DNA from: Candidatus Zixiibacteriota bacterium
Lineage (GTDB): Bacteria > Zixibacteria > MSB-5A5 > CAIYYT01
NCBI GenBank assembly: GCA_020853795.1
Contig: JADYYF010000136.1
Coordinates: forward strand, 5,705-69,704
DNA: 64,000 nucleotides
Direction of reading: 5' to 3'
A program made the position numbers and the translations under genes. Each line of letters starts with the position of its first letter. Position 1 is the first letter of the stretch. The notes beneath the pieces were generated by a model that was given only the letters and a program-made list of their open reading frames with translations, was not told the DNA's origin and did not search any database. Positions 10,779-18,761 of the stretch are shown piece by piece.

Positions 10779-11414
10779 TTAGCGGATGAGCCTGAGCCAG
10801 TCGGTGAGCAGGAAATCGACGCGGCCGATGAGCAGGGACATACGGCTCATGACGGTGTAGCCGAAGGAGGCGCCGAAGGTGATCATGAGAATCCAGGTGC
10901 CGAGTTTGGCGGCGGCGCCGAAGGCACCGCGATGTTCCTTCGAGAAGAAGAAATAGATCAGCGCGGCGAAGGTGCCGGCGGCGACGACGATCGCACCGAA
11001 GATCGCGCCAAAGCCGGAGATGCCGACCAGGTTGTTGACGGTGGCGTGGACCTGGGCGAGGGCGTCGGTGACGAGATAAACCATCAGCTTGAGGCCGGCG
11101 GTGGCGCCGACGATGAAGGCGATGGGCCAGCGGGAGATCCAGCCGACCTTGTTGAAAAGCCGCAAGAGCATGAGAACGCCGAGGATGACGCCGACGAAGA
11201 GCCAGTAGTTGCCTTCGTGGAAGATGCCGATGAAGGCTTTGCGGTAGAGGTTATCCCAGAAATAGGTGATGAACCAATAGCCGGCGGAGATGCCGACGAA
11301 CACCGCCTCGGCGATCTTGTAGAGAATATTGTCTTTGTAGAGGAAGGACAGGATGCCGAGGGTGAGCAGCGCGCCGATCCAGATGCCGAGGATTTCCATC
11401 GTCGTGTGTTCCAT
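10779..11414 (-). CDS. module 3, subunit A: 6-TM membrane protein (start at MEHTTMEILG, 212 aa)
   Basis: Paralog of modules 1 and 2. The ORF-track N-terminus (an Arg-rich 93 aa) overlaps B3 and looks spurious. The internal ATG at 11414 follows a GAGG Shine-Dalgarno and sits just after the B3 stop. Confidence 0.65.
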   Translation of the reverse strand: MEHTTMEILGIWIGALLTLGILSFLYKDNILYKIAEAVFVGISAGYWFITYFWDNLYRKAFIGIFHEGNYWLFVGVILGVLMLLRLFNKVGWISRWPIAFIVGATAGLKLMVYLVTDALAQVHATVNNLVGISGFGAIFGAIVVAAGTFAALIYFFFSKEHRGAFGAAAKLGTWILMITFGASFGYTVMSRMSLLIGRVDFLLTDWLRLIR

Positions 11415-11416
11415 GC

Positions 11417-12412
11417 TTACCTCGTCTTCTTCTCCTTGCCGAGGAAGAGTGCGACGTTGCCGATGATGATGAAGGCGATGACGACGGCATGCGAGAACAA
11501 CTGGGAGAGCAGGGCCACGGTGGCGCGGCCATATTCGTTGGTGGCCATTTCGAATTCGGCGGCGCCGGTCATGCCGCCGGCGAGGCCGGTAAGTTGTCCG
11601 GCGTTGAGATAGGGATACATTTCGGGCGCCTGAACGGCGGTATTGCCGGCGCCGACTTTGACGCGGAAGCGGTCGACGGCGATCTGCACCCATTCCTTGG
11701 TGCCGGGATAACCGGAGGACCAGTTCACGACGAAGTCGACATTAGAGAAATTCTCGACGCCGCGCAGCAAGGGGATTTCGTCATAGGGTGTGTTGTAGAT
11801 ATCGCGCGGGAACATCGACCGGAAACTGGTGCCCATACTCTGGATGACGAACTCGTTGCCGGACTGGAAGCCGAGGTTGACATAGTCGGTGCCATACCTG
11901 AGGTTCTTGGCGGCAACTTCGGGCTCCGCCATGGCGCGGGTAATTGAGAGATTCGCCTGTTGCGGACCCTGCGGCCAGAGGCCGATGATGATCAGTTTGA
12001 GGTCGCGTTTGAAGGCGAATGCCATGAACGCGTCGGCCATCGGCTGGAGTTCCGGCGCCGAGGGCGGGTCGTAGTCGAAAGCGACGAGGACCTTGGAGCC
12101 GGGCGGAAGCGCATTAACGCCGTTAAACAGCCCTTGCACTTCCGGCGAGACTTTGGTCTTGAGGGTGATGCTCATGAAATACGGGAGCACCAGCGCGACG
12201 CCGACGAAGAGGAAGACCCAGCGGCGTTCGACGAAGATGCCTTTGATGGTCAGAATCAGCACGGCGATCATTGCCAGCGCCAACAGGCCGATGACGATAT
12301 AGGAGACGACCGGCGAAAAGGCGAGTGGATCGGGCTCCGCCATGAAGGTACGGACCAGGGCGACCAGGCAGATCAGAAACATAACGATGGCAAACCCGTA
12401 TTTCTTCAACAT
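11417..12412 (-). CDS. module 3, subunit B (331 aa, three N-terminal TM helices)
   Basis: Paralog of subunit B with the same motifs. The ATG is 3 nt after the C3 stop. Confidence 0.7.
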   Translation of the reverse strand: MLKKYGFAIVMFLICLVALVRTFMAEPDPLAFSPVVSYIVIGLLALAMIAVLILTIKGIFVERRWVFLFVGVALVLPYFMSITLKTKVSPEVQGLFNGVNALPPGSKVLVAFDYDPPSAPELQPMADAFMAFAFKRDLKLIIIGLWPQGPQQANLSITRAMAEPEVAAKNLRYGTDYVNLGFQSGNEFVIQSMGTSFRSMFPRDIYNTPYDEIPLLRGVENFSNVDFVVNWSSGYPGTKEWVQIAVDRFRVKVGAGNTAVQAPEMYPYLNAGQLTGLAGGMTGAAEFEMATNEYGRATVALLSQLFSHAVVIAFIIIGNVALFLGKEKKTR

Positions 12413-12415
12413 CGA

Positions 12416-13087
12416 CTATCCTTCCAGATGCGACCTTTCAATGCCGAGGATGATGCGCAGCGAGGTTGAGACGATTCCCAGCGCCACGCCGATCTTGATC
12501 GCGCGCTGACCCGCGGTATGGGGAAAGTTCATGATCCAACTGGCCCAATCGGAGGCGCGCCAACCCTCGGGCAGGTAGCTGGTCAGGATATCGCCGAGCG
12601 GCACACGGCCGAGCATGACCAAAAAGCCCGCCAGGAGCAGCAAGGTAGCCGCGGTGTTGCGCGCGCGGAAGGCGCGATAAGACGCGGAAGCCACGAAGAA
12701 GGCGAGAATGGCGAACATGGTCGAGGACAGCGGCGTGTAGATATATGTATAAAGCCAGTCGAAATTCGTGCCGGGATCGCGGAACGAAGTCTGCGGGTTG
12801 TTGCTCAAGCCGGCGTAGCCGTCGTAGAAGCCGACGGCGACGATGACGAGGAAGCAGATGACAATGACCCACGAGAGCTGCCAATCGTGCTGTTTGCGCG
12901 AGATGCGGATGAAGGAGAGCTTCATCAGGTTAAGAGCGCCGAGCCAGATGGCGAAGGAGGCGACGATGGAGAACCATTCATTGTAGAAGGTCTCCAGTTC
13001 GCCAAAGGGAGCGTGCGGGATGAAATAGGAAAGAATAAAGACAATACCGACGACGAGCGTGATGATTATGGGGACTTCGCGTTTCAT
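12416..13087 (-). CDS. module 3, subunit C: 6-TM membrane protein (223 aa)
   Basis: Paralog of subunit C, with STMFAILAFFVASASYRAFRARN and LGIERSHLEG. Confidence 0.7.
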   Translation of the reverse strand: MKREVPIIITLVVGIVFILSYFIPHAPFGELETFYNEWFSIVASFAIWLGALNLMKLSFIRISRKQHDWQLSWVIVICFLVIVAVGFYDGYAGLSNNPQTSFRDPGTNFDWLYTYIYTPLSSTMFAILAFFVASASYRAFRARNTAATLLLLAGFLVMLGRVPLGDILTSYLPEGWRASDWASWIMNFPHTAGQRAIKIGVALGIVSTSLRIILGIERSHLEG

Positions 13088-13099
13088 TCCTTTTTCGGT

Positions 13100-14308
13100 C
13101 TATCCTACTTCGAGAATTTTCAAGAATCCGGTCCAGCCGATGAGGACAGCGACAATACCCACCAGTATGGCCAACAAGAAGGCCGCCTTGGCGAAGTCCT
13201 GCCCCTTGAGGGAGCCGAGCAATTTCGGTTCCCGCGAGAGGTAGGCGCTGGCGGCGAACAATTCTTCACCAATCAGAGTATAGTCGCAGGAGGCGACAAA
13301 GAACGGCAACTGGGAGGGTTGGCCAGTGCCGGCGATCTGGATGGCGCCGGCGGCGTTGCCGGTTTCGGCCAGGATCAGCGACTCGGCAAAGAAGCAACCC
13401 ATATAGAACATCGTGGCCGGTTTGTCGCGTACGACCATGCCGTCAATGGCGGCGGCATAGCCGAACTGGTCGTCGGTAACGTAATGGACCATGTCATCAT
13501 GGAAAGCATCGGGACGACCGGCCTTCTGATAGGCCTCACGCACTGCCTCCCGCGCGACCACCATGACGAGCGATTTGCTGACCGGCACATCGAGCTTGGT
13601 ATCATTTTCCGCAGTGATACGGGCAACGCGACCAAGGATCGTGACGCCGGCGATCGTCTGGACGTCATCCATATCCTGAATGCCCGGGATGTACATGACC
13701 TTGCGGCCCATTTCGGTAGCGCGACCAATAGCTTCCTCGACGGCGTCGATGCCGGCGATTTTGCGGACGTAAAGCTCTTTGCCGGAGCGGGCGGCACGGA
13801 TATACAGGAGGATGGCGCCGCAGATGACGAGCGTCCAGATGAAGATCCAGATGCGATTCATATTAAACCATTGCGCAACCGGCACGATCGGTCCAAAGAC
13901 GGGCGACTCGGCCATCGTCGCCATGACACCGGCGGGCGCACGGACGGCGGCGACGCGATAGAAATAATCCACCGAGTCGCTGAGGTCGCCGTTGATGAAG
14001 GTGTTCTGCCCTTTCGTGGTTTCGCCGACGACCTGGAACGGTCCACTTTGCGAAGACGAGCGCAGAACCTGGTACTTGGTGACAAGCGCCTGGTCATCGG
14101 GCGAGAGGTCCCAACGGATTTCAAGGCTGCGGCCGTTGTCGTTGGGAGTGTCGGTGACGATGACGTTGACGGGCGGCGCGGGTACTGGCTGTTGAATCGC
14201 CGCAGTGTCGGGAGCGACGGCAGCGGAGTCGGTTTGGGCGACTACGGGCAGGCTAAAGAAGAGAATGCCGGCGAGCAGACATCGAAAGAACACTATCAAG
14301 TCGCGCAC
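13100..14308 (-). CDS. module 3, subunit D: signal peptide, Fn3-like domain, TM, domain, TM (402 aa); first gene of the array
   Basis: Paralog of subunit D. It starts at a GTG preceded by the AGGAGGAG Shine-Dalgarno. About 125 nt upstream is a promoter-like element. Confidence 0.7.
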   Translation of the reverse strand: MRDLIVFFRCLLAGILFFSLPVVAQTDSAAVAPDTAAIQQPVPAPPVNVIVTDTPNDNGRSLEIRWDLSPDDQALVTKYQVLRSSSQSGPFQVVGETTKGQNTFINGDLSDSVDYFYRVAAVRAPAGVMATMAESPVFGPIVPVAQWFNMNRIWIFIWTLVICGAILLYIRAARSGKELYVRKIAGIDAVEEAIGRATEMGRKVMYIPGIQDMDDVQTIAGVTILGRVARITAENDTKLDVPVSKSLVMVVAREAVREAYQKAGRPDAFHDDMVHYVTDDQFGYAAAIDGMVVRDKPATMFYMGCFFAESLILAETGNAAGAIQIAGTGQPSQLPFFVASCDYTLIGEELFAASAYLSREPKLLGSLKGQDFAKAAFLLAILVGIVAVLIGWTGFLKILEVG

Positions 14309-14434
14309 TCTCCTCCTGACAGGAGCGACGGGTTCGGAGTCAGAGTTGAATCAAGTTACGCCCGAGATCAGGACGTTTGAAGACGCACTTTGTTCAACGA
14401 AAACGCCGTCGGAAAGGGTTAACAAATTTGAGGC

Positions 14435-14463
14435 AAGTTAGGCGCGAGGGGCACAAGTGTCAA
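14435..14463 (-). promoter_or_regulatory. putative sigma70-type promoter (TTGACA-N17-TAACTT) upstream of the 12-gene array
   Basis: Minus-strand reading: TTGACActtgtgcccctcgcgccTAACTT. The -35 is at 14458-14463 and the -10 at 14435-14440. It is the only such element between the array and the divergent palindrome cluster. Confidence 0.3.
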
Positions 14464-14535
14464 GGTAAAAATGGAAGCGGGGACGGCCCAGGGACGCAAA
14501 TGTCCATGTTGAGGTTATGGCGGAGGCGGGCTTGT

Positions 14536-14890
14536 CGAGGGGGGAGAGTCCGACTGAAGTCGGACCCACAGAGATCTGTGGAGTCAGGTGGGGGTCCAGC
14601 GCGAGTCTTGTCCGACTGAAGTCGGAACTACATAAGCATGTGGCGTCGGAATGTGGCGTCAGGATCGCAGGGATCCTGACCTACATAGATTTGTGGGGCA
14701 CGAGCAAACATACCGCGAGCCCACGTTCGTCAGAAGGGTTCGGCGGACCCACCGCAAGCGGGGGGCACCGGGCGAGAGCGCTTCGCGGGAGGACCTGGCG
14801 CAACGGGTTGAGTCCGACTGAAGTCGGACCCACGGATGTTTGTGGCGGCAGGATCGCAGGGATCCTGACCTACGAAGTGACCTACGAACT
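14536..14890. repeat. cluster of REP-like palindromic units in a non-coding region
   Basis: GAGTCCGACTGAAGTCGGAC(C/A)C occurs three times (14536, 14600 and 14810). Each copy is followed by a CACA...TGTGG imperfect palindrome. CAGGATCGCAGGGATCCTGACCTAC occurs twice (14649 and 14849). The spans 14600-14673 and 14810-14873 are two copies of a ~70-bp composite element. Confidence 0.6.
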
Positions 14891-15033
14891 GAGCCGCGGA
14901 CCTCCAGGGGAGACGCGCAAATGGAGTTGAGGCAACGGATATGATTGCCTTTCAACGACAGGTGCGGTATATTGAAAAAAGATTAAAGACAGTCGGAATA
15001 CACCGACCATAGCTATCAAGAGGAGGCAGACTC

Positions 15034-15351
15034 ATGGCTCGAGGCGAGCGGTTCTCGCGCGGAACGAAGTTGATGGCGTTGTCGCGTCAGGGATGGAAGT
15101 GTGCCTTATGCGGGACGCAGATTTCTCTGCTCGGCAAAGGCGGCCGAGTAACTCATAAGTTCGGAGAGGGCTCACAGGCGCATCACGTTCGCCATGTAAA
15201 ACTCGGCGGGTCCAACATGGTCGAAAACTGTGTCGTGATTTGCGACTCCTGCCACTACTCGGTGCACGAAGGCGGCAACTATCGGTGGGGCAAAGTAATT
15301 GGAGGTCGAAGCGATTTCCCTTTCTATCGGCGTAGCCGAAGGAAGCGGTGA
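15034..15351 (+). CDS. small stand-alone HNH endonuclease-family protein (105 aa)
   Basis: The product has the pattern C.LCG...(17)...HH.(H)...G.N...N....C..CH...H, an HNH/zinc-finger nuclease arrangement. Strong Shine-Dalgarno AAGAGGAGG, and a TATATT -10-like element upstream. Confidence 0.65.
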   Translation: MARGERFSRGTKLMALSRQGWKCALCGTQISLLGKGGRVTHKFGEGSQAHHVRHVKLGGSNMVENCVVICDSCHYSVHEGGNYRWGKVIGGRSDFPFYRRSRRKR

Positions 15352-15430
15352 CGTTTTCAGATTCCACGCAGCACAGGTCAGGATGAGGTCGCACCAACGA
15401 GCTTGGTGAGCAGACCTCCCCATTGTACTG

Positions 15431-15456
15431 CAGGCTCTGTCGGGAGACAGAGCCTG
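15431..15456. terminator. bidirectional stem-loop between the convergent HNH gene and mdh
   Basis: caggctctgtc-ggga-gacagagcctg forms an 11-bp perfect stem. Confidence 0.5.
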
Positions 15457-15484
15457 CTGTGTGAATGGGTTTCTTAGAATCGAA

Positions 15485-16411
15485 TCAGTAGCCGAGGTCC
15501 TTGAGGTGCTCCTTGTAGGTCGCGGCAGATTTCTGCAGCGCGGCCAATTCGGCAGCCTCAAGTTTTAGTTCGTAGATCTTTTCAACGCCGCCACTGCCGA
15601 GCACGACCGGCACGCCGATGTAGATGTCCTTGATGCCGTACTGTCCGGTCAGGTGGGCCGAGCACGGGAACACCTTCTTGGTGTCGTTGAGGACGGCCTT
15701 GACCATTTCGACCGATGCCGCCGCGGGGGCGTAGTACGCCGAGCCGGTCTTGAGCAGCTTGACGATTTCGGCGCCGCCATCGATGGTGCGCTTGCTGAGA
15801 GCTTCGATGCGATCGGCGGCCATCAGTTCGGTGATCGGGACGCCGGCGACGGTGGTGTAGCGCGGCAGCGGCACCATGGTGTCGCCGTGGCCGCCGAGAA
15901 CCATGGCCTCGGTTTCGGTCTGAGCGACGTTAAGTTCCATACCGACAAAGGTGCGGAAGCGAATCGAGTCGAGAATTCCGGCCTGACCAAAGACGCGGTT
16001 GGGCGGGAAGCCAGTGACCTTAAAGGCGTGGAACGTCATGAGGTCGAGCGGATTGGCGACCATGATGATCACAGCCTGATCGGCGTACTGCTTGACGGAT
16101 TTGGCGACGTTGCCGACGATTTCGGCATTGGCCTTAAGCAGGTCCTCCCGCGACATGCCGGGTTTGCGCGCCAGACCGGCGGTGTGGACGACGATATCCG
16201 AGCCTTTGAGCAGCGAGAAATCGTTGGTACCGGTGATATTGACGTCGTAGCCACGGACGGGGCCGGCCTGCATGAGGTCGAGCGCCTTGCCCTGCGGCAG
16301 TCCTTCGACGACATCGAAGAGCATGATGTCGCAGACGTTATCTTCGGCCAGATATTGCGCGACGGCGGCGCCGACGTTGCCCGCTCCAATGACTGATACT
16401 TTCTTACGCAT
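15485..16411 (-). CDS. mdh: malate dehydrogenase (LDH-like MDH family), 308 aa from MRKKVSVIGAGNVG
   Basis: GAGNVG Rossmann motif and LDH/MDH-like sequence throughout. The ATG at 16411 follows a GGAGGAG Shine-Dalgarno; the ORF-track start 11 codons upstream lacks one. Confidence 0.85.
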   Translation of the reverse strand: MRKKVSVIGAGNVGAAVAQYLAEDNVCDIMLFDVVEGLPQGKALDLMQAGPVRGYDVNITGTNDFSLLKGSDIVVHTAGLARKPGMSREDLLKANAEIVGNVAKSVKQYADQAVIIMVANPLDLMTFHAFKVTGFPPNRVFGQAGILDSIRFRTFVGMELNVAQTETEAMVLGGHGDTMVPLPRYTTVAGVPITELMAADRIEALSKRTIDGGAEIVKLLKTGSAYYAPAAASVEMVKAVLNDTKKVFPCSAHLTGQYGIKDIYIGVPVVLGSGGVEKIYELKLEAAELAALQKSAATYKEHLKDLGY

Positions 16412-16440
16412 GAACTCCTCCCGTGCGGTCGGGTCGTTCT

Positions 16441-17679
16441 TCATGCCGCCCGGCGGTATAAGACCTGCGAGGCGGCGTCAAGCACGACGGCGATCCGACA
16501 ATGTTTCCCATATTTGTTAATCAACTCAGTTATTGTCCTATGGACATCGCTGCGCGCCGCGATTGGCAGCGCCCGCAGCAGCCCCGGTTCCAGACCTGAG
16601 CATAGCACAAGATCGACGCGTTTGGCAAGCCGGATTGTGCGCCGGACTTTGTGAATTCCCATCAAGGCCCGCTCGCCGGTAGCGGCCGGGGGCGTCTCGT
16701 CGCCCGCGATCTGCTCGGCGAGTTTGAGGAAGCGGTCGTCGCCGACGCCGTCGGGACAACCGGAGAGTAGCAGGATGGCGCCGCCGTCGCGGACCGCGGT
16801 GGCGACATTCTCGTAGGATTTCTGCAACTGGTAGAGATTGCGATCAAGGGGCGGATAGACGACAGAGATTACGACGTCGTACGGGTCTGAGACTCCGTGA
16901 GCGAAGTTCTCGGTCACGAAGGCGCAAGCGTGATCGTAGGATTGATCGGCGTCGCCGGCAGCGGCGAAGAAGATGTGCCCATGGTGATCGCAGACAACCT
17001 GAATTGAGGCGCGCGGAACGTGATCGAGCACATGGGTGCGGTGATGAATGTCTTCCCAGACTGGATTTCCCTGGCGACGCAGGGGACGACTCTCGACCGA
17101 GACGGCGGCGGCGTGGTTTTGCTCGATATCGGCAAAGGAAGCACAGCCGGGCAGGATAATCTTGCGACCGCCGGTAAAGCCGGCGAAGTAATGCGGTTCG
17201 ACCGAGCCGATAGTGAGGATGGCATCGCACTCGCGCAGGCGGTGATTCAGGCGGCAGCAGGCATCGCCGGTCTGGAAATCGACGAGAGTCTCAGCGGCGC
17301 AGGCATTGTGGGATTCGACGCCGTCGGCGATCGAAGGCCAGAAGCTGCCAAAGATCTGACGCAACTCGGCGGGGGTCGCGGCCGGATGCAAGCCGGTCGA
17401 GATCAGGAAGCGTGTCCGCCGGGGACGGAGGGCGTCCTGGAGGGCCGCCAGGATTCGCGCGGTGGGTGTGGGGCGGAACGCGTCGTTGACCACAACGAGC
17501 AATTCCTGTGCGCGCTCGAGGAAGTCGTCGAGGTCATCGGGAACCGGGCCGCGGTTGAGCCAGTGATTGGCCGGAAGCTCCTTCAGGCGGCGGCCGGGCA
17601 GATCGAAGAGATCGACGGCGGTGCCATCGGGGATGGTTATATCGATATTGTGCCCGTTATACCACGCGGTCAGATTCAT
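16441..17679 (-). CDS. LarA-family (DUF2088, nickel-pincer lactate racemase-like) protein
   Basis: ISTGLHP matches the LarA (A/S)TG(S/L)H region and FAGFTGGRK matches the Lys-containing GF(S/T)GGRK motif. The length is ~412 aa. Start taken at MNLTAWYNG because the upstream ATG sits inside the hairpin at 17699-17734. Confidence 0.55.
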   Translation of the reverse strand: MNLTAWYNGHNIDITIPDGTAVDLFDLPGRRLKELPANHWLNRGPVPDDLDDFLERAQELLVVVNDAFRPTPTARILAALQDALRPRRTRFLISTGLHPAATPAELRQIFGSFWPSIADGVESHNACAAETLVDFQTGDACCRLNHRLRECDAILTIGSVEPHYFAGFTGGRKIILPGCASFADIEQNHAAAVSVESRPLRRQGNPVWEDIHHRTHVLDHVPRASIQVVCDHHGHIFFAAAGDADQSYDHACAFVTENFAHGVSDPYDVVISVVYPPLDRNLYQLQKSYENVATAVRDGGAILLLSGCPDGVGDDRFLKLAEQIAGDETPPAATGERALMGIHKVRRTIRLAKRVDLVLCSGLEPGLLRALPIAARSDVHRTITELINKYGKHCRIAVVLDAASQVLYRRAA

Positions 17680-17698
17680 AGCGGCTTGGCAGATATGT

Positions 17699-17734
17699 CG
17701 CAATCCCTGCGGCGGCAAGGCCGCAGGGATTGCG
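17699..17734 (-). terminator. strong hairpin between ndk and the larA-like gene (terminator or attenuator)
   Basis: cgcaatccctgcggc-ggcaag-gccgcagggattgcg is a perfect 15-bp inverted repeat. No clear U-tract follows it. Confidence 0.4.
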
Positions 17735-17746
17735 CCGACGCAGCGT

Positions 17747-18154
17747 TCAGACTTTCCCGAAATGGAAGTGGATTTCGATTTCAGCGTTCTCCGGGCTGTC
17801 GGAGCCGTGCACCGAGTTCTTGCCGACGTCGATCGCGAAGTTTTGCCGGATCGTGCCGCAGGCAGCTTTCGCGGGATCGGTGGCGCCGATCAATTCGCGG
17901 AAGGCCGCGACGGCGTTGTCGCGTTCGAGGGCAGCGGCGACGATCGGCGACGAGCACATGAAGGCGACGAGTTCGTCGAGGAACGGTTTACCTTCATGGA
18001 CTTTGTAAAACTCGCGGGCGCGCTCGGGCGTCAGGTGCACCATTTTCAAGGCGATGATTTTGAAGCCGGAGGCCTCGACGCGTTCGAGGATTTTGCCCGC
18101 GAGGCGGCGTTCGACGGCATCCGGTTTGATCATCATCAAAGTACGTTGTTTCAC
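17747..18154 (-). CDS. ndk: nucleoside diphosphate kinase
   Basis: The product starts MIKPDAV and contains the active-site NSVHGSDS motif; 135 aa. Confidence 0.9.
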   Translation of the reverse strand: MKQRTLMMIKPDAVERRLAGKILERVEASGFKIIALKMVHLTPERAREFYKVHEGKPFLDELVAFMCSSPIVAAALERDNAVAAFRELIGATDPAKAACGTIRQNFAIDVGKNSVHGSDSPENAEIEIHFHFGKV

Positions 18155-18156
18155 GC

Positions 18157-18759
18157 TTATAAACCCTTCTTCGCTTCTTTTCCAACTTTGAGGCCGAGTT
18201 CGAGGGCGGCCAGGTTTTTCTCTTCGGTACCGCGCGGGGCGCGTTTCTTGACAATCTGGGTCAGCGACTCGACACTGACGATACCGGTGACGGCGCAGAT
18301 GGCACCGAGGGAGATGACGTTGGCGACCATCGGCACGCCGATTTCGTGGCGCGCAAGCTGGCTAAACGGAATCCCGATCGTGCGCGCAAACGGGGTCTGC
18401 GAGACCAGATGGTTGTCGACGATCATGACGCCGTTGTCTTTGATGTAGTTGTGGTAGAGGTCGCACGATTCCTGAGTCATCGCCAGCAGGAGGTCCAGCG
18501 CCATCGGTTTGGGGTAGTAGATTTCCCCGGCGGAGATGACGAGATCGGTGCGGGAGGCGCCGCCGCGGGCTTCCGGCCCGTAGCTTTGCGTCTGCACGAC
18601 GTTCTTGCCGTCGAGCGTGGAGACGGCTTCGGCCAGAATCACTCCGGCGAGGACCAGCCCCTGACCGCCGGAACCGGAGAGGCGGATTTCGTAGCGATCG
18701 AGGTTCAGAGTCGGTTCGGCCTGTTCGCGCGGGGCTTTGGCTTTCGATTTGGTCGGCAT
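18157..18759 (-). CDS. 2-oxoacid:ferredoxin oxidoreductase gamma subunit (probably 2-oxoglutarate, Kor-type)
   Basis: LSGSGGQGLVLAG is the PorG/KorC signature; 200 aa. Confidence 0.8.
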   Translation of the reverse strand: MPTKSKAKAPREQAEPTLNLDRYEIRLSGSGGQGLVLAGVILAEAVSTLDGKNVVQTQSYGPEARGGASRTDLVISAGEIYYPKPMALDLLLAMTQESCDLYHNYIKDNGVMIVDNHLVSQTPFARTIGIPFSQLARHEIGVPMVANVISLGAICAVTGIVSVESLTQIVKKRAPRGTEEKNLAALELGLKVGKEAKKGL

Positions 18760-18761
18760 GG

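Noticed and set aside
12518-14380. 620-aa plus-strand ORF
   Set aside because: It is antisense to module 3 subunits C and D, which have RBSs, paralogs and a TM/domain organisation. Its composition is Gly/Asp/Arg-rich.
14536-14890. Possible CRISPR array
   Set aside because: The repeats are of two different kinds, individually palindromic, irregularly spaced (64 and 210 bp apart) and have no uniform spacers. They are REP or MITE-like, not CRISPR.
17680-17718. Upstream ATG start at 17718 for the LarA-like gene
   Set aside because: That codon lies inside the perfect 15-bp inverted repeat at 17699-17734 and has no RBS. The downstream ATG at 17679 was preferred, though neither has a strong Shine-Dalgarno.
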